The notes: generated by a model from the letters alone, not told the origin. Counted from the first letter of the stretch, positions 12,995 through 24,204 are shown. The stretch is 64,000 bases of DNA from Okamejei kenojei (GCA_035221665.1 JAVHYY010000078.1:62001-126000); one strand, 5' to 3'. Numbers and translations: made by a program.

Positions 12995-13974
12995 CCGTAA
13001 ACCATCGTTATAACGAACCCCAAGGTGGAGTGGTGTCCGTTATTGCCGATTGTCTGCTATAACCGAGTAAGGTGTTATCATTGTATGTAGTTGTAACAAA
13101 GAACTGCAGATGATGGTTATACACAATAGAACATAAAGTGCTGGAGTAACTCAGCAGCTCAGACAGCATCTCTGCAGAACATGGATAAGTGAGATGTCAG
13201 GAACCTTCTTCAGACTGATTCAATCTGTGAGTTATTCCAGCACTTTGTGTTGTTTCACCTTAAAACTAGGTCTCAATGCCACTGGTCTGCATCAGCAATC
13301 CCTTCTTCATGGCCCCATGGACCAGTGATGCTTCTGTTGTTGCAGCTCACGTTGTATCCCCTTTACCCCAGCTCTTTCTTTAGGCCACTCCCAATGACAG
13401 GATGCTCTCGGTCACCATGGGGCTCCCTCCCCTCTCACCTTCTGCCGTCTCATCCTGTCTGTTTCCCTATCACCGCCACCTCCTCCTCCTTCTAGCTCAC
13501 AGTCGCTGACATGTTCCGAGGCAGAATTTGTTGGTGACTCCGGGGAAGGAGGAGGATGAGGCGGTAGTGTTGGTGGGGTGGGGTGGGGTGGGGAGAGGCC
13601 GAGTGAACAGAGTGACGGGAGTAGGAGTAAGCGGTAGCGGTGGAGCGGTGAGTGAACAATGGGATGGTCAACAGGAAGAAGCAGCAGCTGGTAAGAGGGG
13701 AGCAAGCCCCATGGTGACCAAGGGCATTCTGTCGGTGGCAACGGCCTGAAGAAAGCGTTGTCCCCAGGTGCTACAACGTGAGCCACAACAACAGCTGCAT
13801 TAACTGGACCCTGCGGTGGGTGAAGAAGGGCTCGCTGGTGCACTTTGCGAGTCAGGAGTGGTGTTGGGCTGTAAGTGGCCTTGGAGACGGTGGGAACCGG
13901 GGATGGCATCAGCAGGTCTGTCCGCTATATCTGAAATCTGTTATAAAGGGTTCTGTTAAAATTAGGATTTACTG
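12995..13974. mobile_element. Non-autonomous pogo/Tigger-like DNA transposon
   Basis: TA|ccgtaaaccatcgttataacg ... tgttaaaattaggatttactg|TA. Contains a hammerhead-motif repeat (13092-13250) and an internal inverted segment. A related copy lies in the opposite orientation from 28685. Confidence 0.65.
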
Positions 13975-14303
13975 TACTTAATTATACTGCTATGCTGCAG
14001 CTACATTATACATTCTGCTTATAATAAGGCAAAGGATTTCTGATTATGTAACTGAAAAAAAAGGTTTTTAGGGGCTGGGCTTTCTTCACTTATTCAACAT
14101 ATTCACATATGTTTGAAATGTTGTGAAATTAATGAAGACAGGTATATTATTTTCAGAATTATTCATTTTATTAGCCATAAAATAATAGTTTAATAAATAC
14201 ATGTACACATTGAGGTTTATAACTAAAATATTGCTTATATGGGTTCATGTGGTAAGGCCATCATTTATTGTTCACTGTTTATGGTGTTAATATTGTGTTT
14301 TAC

Positions 14304-14425
14304 AATATAGAAGTTTATAAGAATTATTCGTAACATTCGTATACTTATTGAAATAAGTTGGTTGTGTATTTGAAAAGTTGTTATACTGTTGTTATGATGG
14401 ATTACTTCTAATAAAATATTATTAC
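14304..14425 (+). mobile_element. Short retroposon 3' fragment at the DIRS left junction
   Basis: Perfect 15-bp direct repeat aatattgtgttttac (14289-14303, 14426-14440). AATAAA followed by a tattatta tail. Confidence 0.65.
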
Positions 14426-15002
14426 AATATTGTGTTTTACTTTGGAGTCACGTGAGTGACTACGTGAAGAAGCCCCGCCAGAGGGCCTGCGCGTCATTAC
14501 GTCCGCCGCGTTTGGCACACGGACAGGCTGGAGAGCGCAGCTCCACCAGCGGTAAGTAAAACACCCGCAGGTAAGTGTTTTAAACTTGCTGCGGTTTACT
14601 AGGTCCCGTAAGGCTGTTTACAGGAGCCAGCAGGGACACTTTCCTAAAGGGAAAATATTAAAATAATGAAAATAAGGCGAGTATGTTGCTTATAAAGTAA
14701 AACCTACCTGCAGCCAGTCCGCATGGGAAGGTGAATAGGGATCGGAGAGAAGGCATCCCCGGGTCTGTTCTGCTGCTATACCTGCGTGTGATGCTAGTAT
14801 TGGAAGAAATAGCCGGCTTGCCCCGACAGCAAGCTGACGGAGCAAACTGTGTCCCCTCAACAACGGGTCAGAGATATCCTCGCTAGCCATCTGCTCCACC
14901 CTGGATCCGCAACCACTGAGCATTATTCTATGCTCACCAAGGGTTTTATTTCACTTAGACTGCTGTAAAAATGTAAGAAAATGACACACATTCTATGCAG
15001 AA

Positions 15003-15366
15003 TTATTTCCAAACACCCGAGCTATAACTGGGAGCCTGGTTCAAAAAACTGGAGGTGGCGCTGGAGTAATTGAGAGTGTTGTGTGGATGGTGCAAGGAGC
15101 CCAGTCCAGACATCGAAAGGCGAAGTCCCCTCTTGAAAAATGTGCTCGTGGACGTGACCAACGCCGGCGACGTTTGCCCGTCGTCCCGCTGATGAACACG
15201 TCGTCGCTGGACGGGTCCAGCATCCAGTAATTACCCCTGCCAGGGTCATCGTAATGTCGAGGCACTTTGACGAAACAACTTATTAAGGCTGAGGTTGTGG
15301 CGGATGAAGTTCTGCCAGCCTTGCTTGTTCTCAATAGTAGGGGAAATTCCTCATGATGAACTCATA
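15003..15366 (-). pseudogene. FoxG-family (FoxG1-like) forkhead gene fragment, frameshifted and internally deleted, inside the DIRS element
   Basis: Minus strand across about 3 frameshifts: [68 protein letters not shown]...[30 protein letters not shown]. Diagnostic FoxG forkhead C-terminal half plus downstream motifs. Minus-strand AATAAA at 14945-14950. Confidence 0.9.
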
Positions 15367-16329
15367 GCTGCGGTCAGTGGATGATGACGGCTTTTGAGAC
15401 GCCAACTTTATAGCCACCGGCAGTCCAGCCAGCAGCAGCAACTCCGGTGCTTTAAAGCACTGTGGCTACTCCCGTCGGGAGGCAGGCCAAGAGTAAATTG
15501 TCCAGGCCTGTCAACTCTGATGTGGGGCCAGAAAGACTTTTCCCTTCCAAAAAATTAACATTGGGGACGTCTGGACATCGTGGAACACCTCATAGCCAAG
15601 AGATAACAACCAGGAGGTGTTCCAGCCGGGGTTTTTACCCCAGGGTCTCCAGCAGCTTTTAGCAGCAACCTCTAGCAGAGATCCGTTAAGCAAAAGAGCT
15701 GTACACATATGAAGGATAATTTGCCTACGTGTCTGCATGGGGACCCATAACAGCAGCACCTTATTTAGGGCTGCATGTTTCCTCCCGTGAACAGGAGCCG
15801 GGAGAAGCCAGGGCAGTCACATAAGCAGTGACACCCTGAAGTTTGGTGTCACTGCTTATGTGCATACACCAAAGCACTTGAGCTATGCTCCGGATGTGGC
15901 CAGCAATTTGCTATACCGGCGGGAACTGGTGAAGCCATGGATGACAATCTGGCCAGCAATTTAATTATATGGCCTCTCACCAGCTCCAGGGCTCCATAAT
16001 GGAGGAAACTTCGCAAGACATATCAAACACCTGTTAACTGTGCATCGCTCTAAAGGAGCGCATCATGAGGGCGCATGAGTTAAGGCTGCAGAAGTCCTAA
16101 AAACTGGTTGGAGCAGGAATAATGGCATTTGGGAAAATGGTATAAGGGCACCACTATCTAAACACAGCAGGATATGGACCCTGCTGTGTAATACCCATTT
16201 TTAGAATTAATTATTCACGAATAACCATCCAGCCTACGCTCAACCCACGGTTCACAGCCTTGCGCAGATCCTTTAATATCCAGGGAAAGACCACTAACTG
16301 CAGGTGAATGATGAAATTGGTATTTTATT

Positions 16330-17500
16330 CCAAAAAAGAGGTAATTGAAAGGACGGCATATTAGCCTCAACAATTTGTGTCCAATATTCCCCAGCCAAAA
16401 GAACGATGGTGGGTGTTGAGTCATTCTGGGCCTAACCAGACTTAACTCTTAGGTCCAGTATAAATGTTTTAAAATGAAAGTTTTCAGTATTGCAACTGGT
16501 ATCAAAAGGGTGTTATATTGGCAACTATAGATCTGAGAGATGCATAATATTCTGCTACCAAACACCTGTTCAGAGGTTAGGTTCCTCACCCATCTAATTA
16601 AATCCAAATTAGTACCATTTAGAATAATTGGCTATTTGAGGTTCATCATTGATTTAATTAACATGTCAGTACTTTGCCTACGGCCAAAACTGTAACTAAT
16701 GTCTCGCGATGTACTAGAGACATTCTGACTCAATAACCTTTAGTTTACAAACTGATGTGAGCGCTTCGGGATGGGGAGCCACTGATATCGAGGTGGCAAG
16801 TGGAATGTGAAAGAGGAATTAATCCTGCAGAGGCATGGGGTAAACTACGTAGAATTGCTGGGTGCATTCTATGGCCTAAAAACATTCTGCTCAACAATGC
16901 ATGATTTGCATGTGCAGCTTCAGATTGACGATACCACAGCTGTTGCATATCAATCACATGGGTGGAATTAGGTCATTATTCTGTGACAATCTGGCTAACC
17001 TCATCTGGCATAATGCATTACGAGAAACAACTGGGTCTCAGATATCTACATACCAGGTCACGTAAATTCAATGACAACACAGAATGGATGATGAATCCAA
17101 AAGTTTCAAAATGATTGTCAGCCGGTATGGATTGCCAGACATAGATCTGTTGCATCCGGGTTAAATCACCAGTTACCTAAATACGTCTCATGGGAACCAG
17201 TTCCAGGGGCAGTAGCGGAGGATACATTCTTGCTACGTTGGGGTCGTACATTCTTACGCTTTTTCCCCATTCTGCCGCATTAGTCAATGTCTCACCAAAA
17301 TAGAGTACGACTACGCTTAGGTGTTTGGTAGTTCCTAACTGGTCCACACATCCATGGTTCCCATTGGTTCTGAGACTGATGACACAGCCATTCATGACTA
17401 TCCCCAATTACAGCAACTTGTTGGTTCATCCCTGGGACAGGGAGGAGAGTTCCCCTTTACATGAGCGTATTAATCTGTTGATTTGTATCTTCTGACCCGA
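16330..17500 (+). pseudogene. DIRS RT / RNase H / methyltransferase-like remnants
   Basis: Motifs as listed for the DIRS element. The segment expected to hold the RT YLDD motif appears deleted near 16555-16580; many stops. Confidence 0.8.
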
Positions 17501-17509
17501 CTGTTCCAG

Positions 17510-19975
17510 GGACTCGGACTATCGAGTAGGACCATCGAATGTGATTACGGTGGCCTGGAGAAATAGTACTAAAAAACGATATATATCTCATATTAAGAAA
17601 TGGGAAAAGTTCTGTTTACAGTCAAATATATCTTATGTTGCAGGCATACCGGATGTATTGGAGTTCTTTGCTACTTTGCTTTTTTGACGTGCAGTTAACA
17701 TATAGTGCCATTTATAGTGCTCAAAGTGCTTTGTCCTCCTATTTAGGGCAAGAGTCGGGACAACACTCTGTCGGATCTCATCTATTGGTGGCCCGATTCA
17801 TAAGAGGTATTTTAACTAAACCCTCCCAGACCTAGATATTCGTAAGTCTGGGATGTGGGTATACTTCTCACACTGCTTTGGCAATGGGCTCCAATTACAT
17901 TTCTGCCTTTCCAGAAGTTAACGCTCAAAGTGGTCATGTTCATGATGCTAGTGGCAGCGCAATGGGTCCAGATATTGCAAAAAGTTACGACTGGACAGCA
18001 TCCATTCTTCTGTAGATAATATTACGTTTTATGTATATGATCTAATCAAACAGAGCAGGCCAGGGATGGCTGGAACCAAAATAAGCTTAAAGTATACCCA
18101 TTGACCCATAATCTAAATTACATTAGATTTTCCCAAAGATATCTCCTACATGTGATAAATGTCAAATTTCAGAAGCAAATTTGTCACATTCATTTACTAA
18201 CTGTATAAAAATTGTAGAATACTGGAATGAAATATTTAAGATAATTTCGAATGTTGTCAATATAAGTATGACTCCTGACCCAAAGTTAATTATACTTGGA
18301 ATATTTGAAACTGACCAACTAATAACAATGAATCAAAGAACTTTTATTGATTACTGTCTAATAATTGGGAAAAAATTAATATTAAAATTTTGGAAAGGCC
18401 CTGCATTCCCAACAATCAAAATGTGGAATATAGAAATGTCGGAGACACTCCATTTGGAGAGATTGAGGCTTATTCTTATAGATGGGTTAGACCTCTTCAG
18501 AAGGATTTGGTCTCCGTATATTAAATATTTACAGGGTCATAACGGTTCGGCGCGAGGACTTGACTGAGGCCTGGATATTTGAATGGATGAAGAAATATAT
18601 ATAATAAATCATGAATATATCTTTAAGGGCGAATTAATGACGAATGTTCTATTCTCCATCAAACCTTTCTCATTCTTTATTCTATTTTCTATTTTCTTTT
18701 ATCTATATAAAAAACTAGAAAATAGCATAGAAACAAACGATCTTAACCTCTTAATACCGGTGCGAATATAAATATTATTAATTTCATGAGAATATTATTA
18801 GTATCTTATATTTTTAATTATATAAAATTGTGTATTTTCAATTATATAATAAATTTTAAATTTAAAATCAGTGATAACACAAATATTGTTAACTTTACGA
18901 AAATATAATGAATATTATAAAAGTTTTACTAGTATTTCATATTATTAATCACATAATATTTAGCATTATACTTAAAATTAGAGACAAAATAAATAGTATT
19001 AACAGTATGAGTATATTGCTAATATTATAAATGTATTATTAGTATCATGTATTTTTAGTTATATAAAATATATAACCTTGAAATTTATAATTAAGAACAA
19101 TACAAATAATATTAATAGTATGAATTGATCATTAATATTATGTATTTTTACTATAGTAAAATAATGTACTCTGTTATTATTTTGTTTCTATAATAAATAA
19201 ATTAAAAAAAAAAAAAAAAAGTATACCCATTGACCTAAGACTATGTGTAGTTACGCACCTGAGCCAATATATCAAGGTCATCAAGCAATTTATAGTGCTA
19301 GAAGTACTTTGTCCTCCTACTTAGGGCAAGGGTCCGGACAACACTGTTGGATCTCATCTATTGGTGGCCGATCCATAGGAGGTATTTTAACAAACCCCTC
19401 CCAGACATACATATTCAGAAATCTGGGATGTGAGCGTAGTTCTCACACTGCTTTGGCAATGGGCTCCAATTACATCTCTGCCTTTCAGGAAGTTAACGCT
19501 CAAAGTGATCATGTTCATGGTGCAGCATTATGGGTCCAAATATTACAAAAGGTTTGACTGGAATGCATTCTTTTGTAGACGATATTGTGTTTTATGCATA
19601 CGATCTAATCAAACAGAGCAGGCCAGGGATGGCTGGAACCAAAATAAGCTTAAAATCTACCCATTGATCTAAGACTATATGTAATTACTCATCTGAGCTA
19701 ATAATATCAAGGTCATCAAGAGTCTCAGAGGCTCTGAAACAGCGATGCTCGTCAGTCACATAAAACCTCATACAAAGGTGTCAGTACAAACTATTTCTAA
19801 CCAGCCGAGACAGGTTTGCGTTATGCTGGAGTAGATACTGATATGTTTAAATCACTCCACCAGGACGGCGTCAACGTATGCAGCAAAGGCGCAGGACGTG
19901 CCATGAGACCAAATCCTCATCGCAGGAAGGTCCAATGAAGGAACCTTTTCACGATTTATGATAAACCTGTCCTTG
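17510..19975 (+). pseudogene. DIRS tyrosine recombinase remnant, partly duplicated and split by an L1
   Basis: AWRNSTKKRYISHIKKWEKFC; LTYSAIYSAQSALSSYL; KLTLKV; AGVDTDMFK-HSTRTAST; TFSRF-DKPV. Confidence 0.8.
18107..19220 (+). mobile_element. 5'-truncated L1-clade LINE inserted in the DIRS YR
   Basis: ORF2 C-terminal CCHC motif (PTCDKCQISEANLSHSFTNC..IVEYW), very AT-rich 3' UTR, AATAAA and poly(A) at 19204-19220. TSD gtatacccattgacc (18092-18106, 19221-19235) at a CTT|AAAG site. Confidence 0.9.
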
Positions 19976-20405
19976 CAATGCAAAGATTTGGGCATGCTGT
20001 TTTGGGTTCGGTTTGAGTTCTCCTTTGTAATTTCCCCTGCGAAAGAGGGGTTATTACTGTTCTTTTATTGCTTAAGACGTTCAATGTATAATTTAAACAA
20101 TGTTCAATACATTATTTGTTTCTCCTGTGTCAACCAAGGCAGTGTGTCGTATGGAACTGAAATCACAGAGCTTTGAAATCTTCACGTAGTCACTCATGTG
20201 AGTCCGAAGTAAAATAGTAAGATTAAATGAGAACTTACCAGTTTGAAGTTTGATCTTTATTTTATGAGGAGTTACGATGAGGGATTACGTGCCCTCCGCT
20301 TCCGACCCTCATAATCGCAAAGATCATCTGGTAGTTCTAGTCTTCTGAGTCTTACTATATCACTTCGACTGTAGTTGCTGTGATTTCACGCCGCTGCTTT
20401 GAAGT

Positions 20406-20863
20406 CTATCTACTGGATAGACTCGGTTTATACTGGATAGACTCGGTTTATACTCTCTAGAATTTAGGAGATTGAGAGGGGATCTTATAGAAACTTACAA
20501 AATTCTTAAGGGGTTGGACAGGCTAGATGCAGGAAGATTGTTCCTGATGTTGGGGAAATCCAGGACAAGGGGTCACAGCTTAAGTATAAGGGGGAAATCC
20601 TTTAAGACCGAGATGAGAAAGACTTTTTTCACACAGAGAGTGGAACTCTCTGCCACAGAGGGTAGTTGAGGCCAGTTCATTGGCTATGTTTAAGAGGGAG
20701 TTAGATGTGGCCCTTGTGGCTAAGGGGATCAGAGGGTATGGAGAGAAGGCAGGTACGGGATACTGAGTTGGATGATCATCCATGATCGTATTGAATGGCG
20801 GTGCAGGCTCGAAGGGCCGAATGGCCTACTCCTGCACCTAATTTCTATGTTTCTATGTTTCTA
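20406..20863 (+). mobile_element. CR1/HER1-type LINE 3' fragment between the DIRS ICR and right ITR
   Basis: RGDLIETYKILKGLDRLDAG..TRGHSL; (TTTCTATG)n tail; tgaagt TSD (20400-20405, 20864-20869); 20-bp tandem duplication at its 5' end. Confidence 0.9.
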
Positions 20864-21360
20864 TGAAGTATGACGCGCAGGCGCTCTGGCGGGGCTTCTT
20901 CACGTAATCCCTCATCGTAACTCCTCATAAAATAAAGATCAAACTTCAAACTGGTAAGTTCTCATTTAATCTTACTATTAATTTCCCAAGGATGCTTGCT
21001 GAATCTATTTAGTGATTTGAGATTTGTTAAAGATTCGACTTGGGGTGGACATAATGGCTTTTGGGAACAATGTGGTTCTGGCACACATATAATCTGACAG
21101 CTATAATTTTGATATTTGCAGCATTTTAAAAGAGACAAATGTTTAAAGGCATATTACAGATGGTGCTGGATGAAGGGAAAGGTGTATGATGACATCTCTA
21201 CAGATGCACGATCGAAAGCATTCTTTTGGGCTGCATCACAACTTGGTTGGGCGGCCGCTCTGCACAAGGCTACAGGAAGTTGCACACAGTTCGATGCAGT
21301 GCAGTCTATTATGCGTATCAGCCCACTCTCCCTCCCATCTCCATCTACACTTCAAGCTGC

Positions 21361-21498
21361 ATCAGGGGGTATGGAGAGAAGGCAGGTACGGGATACTGAG
21401 TTGGATGATCAGCCATGATCATATTGAATGGCGGTGCAGGCTCGAAGGGCCGAATGGCCTACTCCTGCACCTAATTTCTATGTTTTTATCTTTCTATG
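21361..21498 (+). mobile_element. CR1/HER1 3' end
   Basis: Nearly identical to 20728-20863 including the tttctatg tail. Confidence 0.85.
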
Positions 21499-21887
21499 CT
21501 ATAGGATCTTTGAGCTGCACCGCTCGGCCCCACACCTTCCTGTAGGCTGGTGGAGGAGGGGACAAGATGGCGAGGAGTTCCCAACCGCCTCCCCTTTGGC
21601 GGCGGCACTTTGGCGTTGGACAGGGACGGCCAAGGCTGCAGGGCGATGTTGTCCGATGAGTGCTGACTTCCTTCCACCCCACCTCCTCTGCCCCTCTCCC
21701 TCCCCTCTCTCTCTCTCTCTCTCTCTCGTACGCCCCTCTCCACCCCTCTTATCCTGGACCCCTCCTCTCCATCCCGCACTGATCCCCATTCCCTCCTCTA
21801 TTCGGTCCTCACTGACATCCCCTGTGCTCCCCTCCAATCTATTCATCACCCTACCCACCTCGCATTGATTCTCCTGCCACCCCCCCC

Positions 21888-22510
21888 CATCCATCCTACA
21901 CTGTTCCCCCAATTCATCCTGTACTGACCCCCCTTCCCATTCATCCTGCACTTCTCCCCCCATTCATACTGCACTGATCCTCCCATTCATCCCGTACTGA
22001 CCCACCCCACATTTACCCTGCACCAATCCCCCATCAATCCTGTAGTGATCTCCCCATTCATCTTTTATTGATCCCCTCATTCATCCTGTACTATTCCCCT
22101 CACGCATCCTGTACTGATTCCCTCATGCATCCTGTACTGATCCCCTCATTCATCCCGTACTGATCTCCATTTCATCCTATACTGATGCCCTCATTCATCC
22201 TATAGTGATCTCCCATTCATCCTGCACAGACCCTCAGATCCACACTGGCCTGACACCCCACCCCCCACCCTCCCCCCATTCATCCTGTACTGACCCCCCC
22301 ATTCATCCTGTACTGATCCCCCCCATTCAAGAAGAATGAGGGGAACAGTCTGAAGAAGGGTCTCGACCCGAAACGTTGCCTATTTCCTTTGCCCCATAGA
22401 TGCTGCCACCCACTGAGTTTCTCCAGCATTTTTGTCTACCCCCATTCATCCTGTAGTGACCCCCCCATTCATCCTGTACTGATCCCCCTCCCATCCATCC
22501 CGTACTGAAC
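21888..22510. repeat. ~22-bp minisatellite (cattcatcctgtactgatcccc)
   Basis: About 20 degenerate tandem units, interrupted at 22330-22439 by a hammerhead-motif repeat. Confidence 0.85.
22330..22439 (+). mobile_element. Hammerhead-motif PLE-terminus repeat with an intact core
   Basis: cagt-CTGAAGA(22350-22356)-A-GGGT-CTCG-ACCC-GAAA-C-GTT, then tatttcc...ctgagtttctccagcatttttgtctacc. Confidence 0.8.
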
Positions 22511-23246
22511 ACCACCACTGACACCCCCGTGTTCTCCCCTCACAAATTTACATAATCCAACCAACACGTACTAATTCCCCTGCCTCAATCCATCCCTTCC
22601 GCACCGATTGCCTTCTCAACCCCCCCCCCCCCCCCCCCCCCCGCCATCTATCCACCCCGCATTGATTCACCCCCTCCCCTCCCTGACCCTATTGTGCTTC
22701 ATGGTGTTCAGAGTAAACATTGACTATGTTTGATAACGGAATGCAATCAAATGTGTTTTAATTCCCAATTTATTATTTCTTTTGACACCTTTAAACATAT
22801 TACCAAAAGAACATTTGCTGTTATGTCCTTTGGCCATCTTTTGTCAGTTAGTGTAATGTTTAACCTGTCTGATGGGTATAGTCGGTTTTAACAGCTATTA
22901 TCATAAAATGCCTTTAGAAATTTCCTTGCAACCTGGATATTTTGTTGTCGATAAATGATGTGGGAAGCGAGAGTGTTTCTGTACCAATAGCAATAACGAC
23001 CCATGCTAAGGCCATGTCATGATAATTTGCGGTCCTTCACAGAAAACATGCTTGCATCAATATGTAGTGTGCATGGTTAAGCATATATGTTACCATGGTC
23101 CAGGATTTATTGACACAGGTTGATCATATGCTGAATTATCCAACCACACTTTTGTTTGGAAGTGGAAAGAACTAATAGAAATTGCATTAATTGCAATGTG
23201 TAAAAAGAGTTGAGATATTGTATTATAATTTTGCTGCATGTCATTT

Positions 23247-23614
23247 TAGAAACATAGAAACATAGAAATTAGGTGCAGGAGTAGGCCATTCAGCCCTTCG
23301 AGCCTGCACCGCCATTCAATATGATCATGGCTGATCATTCAACTCAGTATCCCGTACCTGCCTTCTCTCCATACCCTCTGATCCCCTTAGCCACAAGGGC
23401 CACATCCAACTCACTCTTAAATATAGCCAATGAACTGGCCTCAACTACCCTCTGTGGCAGAGAGTTCCAGAGACTCACCACTCTCTGTGTGAAGAAAGTC
23501 TTTCTCATCTCGGTCTTAAAGGATTTCCCCTTATCCTTAAGCTGTGACCCCTTGTCCTGGACTTCCCCAACATCGGGAACAATCTTCCTGCATCTAGCCT
23601 GTCCAACCCCTTAA
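23247..23614 (-). mobile_element. CR1/HER1 3' fragment
   Basis: Nearly identical to 2410-2778; same antisense ORF (MIMADH...). Confidence 0.9.
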
Positions 23615-23717
23615 GGTATATATCTTATGGTATTTTGGTATTTTGGTATATATCATGTCTTGATTGGTGAATATGTTTAGTTTGTGAGTTATTTGAAGCA
23701 GAAATAATATGTGAATG

Positions 23718-23934
23718 TAGACAAAAGTGCTGGAGAAACTCAGCGGATGCGGCAGCATCTATGGAGCGAAGGAAATAGGCAACGTTTTGGGCCGAAACCC
23801 TTCTTCAGACTGATGGGTTTCGGCCTGAAACGTTGCCTAATTCCTTCGCTCCATAGATGCTGCTGCACCCGCCGAGTTTCTCCAGCACTTTTGTCTACCT
23901 TCAATTTTCCAGCATCTGCAGTTCCTTCTTGAAC
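23718..23934. mobile_element. Inverted hammerhead-motif pair inserted as one unit
   Basis: Minus copy 23718-23812 plus plus-strand copy 23815-23934, flanked by a perfect 14-bp TSD ataatatgtgaatg (23704-23717, 23935-23948). Confidence 0.88.
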
Positions 23935-24204
23935 ATAATATGTGAATGCTTCATTGAGCATAATTCCGACTGGTAACTACGCACTTTGTCCGAGTACATT
24001 ATCGCACGTGTCATGCAAACCATCTTAAATGACCACCTAAACTGTAATTTGGCAACCTAAAAATCTGTCAAGGTTGCCCGGCTGGCACAGGGAAAGGTTA
24101 AGTGAGAGCCCTGAAGACCCTGGAAGAATGAAGGACATACAATTTATTAACTCAAGAATTGAGATGGGTTGCACCATAGAAGTGGCAGTGATTAATTCTG
24201 GAAA

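Larger units (their letters stand above)
14435..20977 (+). mobile_element. Structurally complete, decayed DIRS1-type tyrosine-recombinase retrotransposon
   Basis: Left ITR 14435-14500; right ITR plus extension 20868-20977. ICR 20179-20214 is the complement of 14435-14470 (3 mismatches) and 20215-20291 is the perfect complement of 20901-20977. Frameshifted RT (PKNDGGC*VILGL, TIDLRDA), RNase H (QIDDTTAVAY-NHMGG), methyltransferase-like (PDIDL, YAF-P, VPNWSTHPWFP) and YR (SALSSYL, KPHTKVS, HSTR) motifs in + order. Confidence 0.92.

Noticed and set aside
15041-15334. A functional FOXG gene
   Set aside because: The N-terminal part of the forkhead is missing, there are several frameshifts and internal deletions, and it lies inside a transposon.
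18770-19200. Organellar or contaminant DNA because of extreme AT content
   Set aside because: It is enclosed by the L1 TSD and contiguous with the L1 ORF2 end and poly(A); no mitochondrial gene features seen.
21888-22510. Regular ~22-bp repeats resembling a CRISPR array
   Set aside because: Units are contiguous and degenerate with no unique spacers or cas genes, in a vertebrate context; this is a minisatellite.
24081-24113. Possible piggyBac end (..gggaaaggTTAA)
   Set aside because: No matching left TIR/TTAA was found. The sequence continues to gagagccctg, more like an unpaired hAT-type end; too weak to call.
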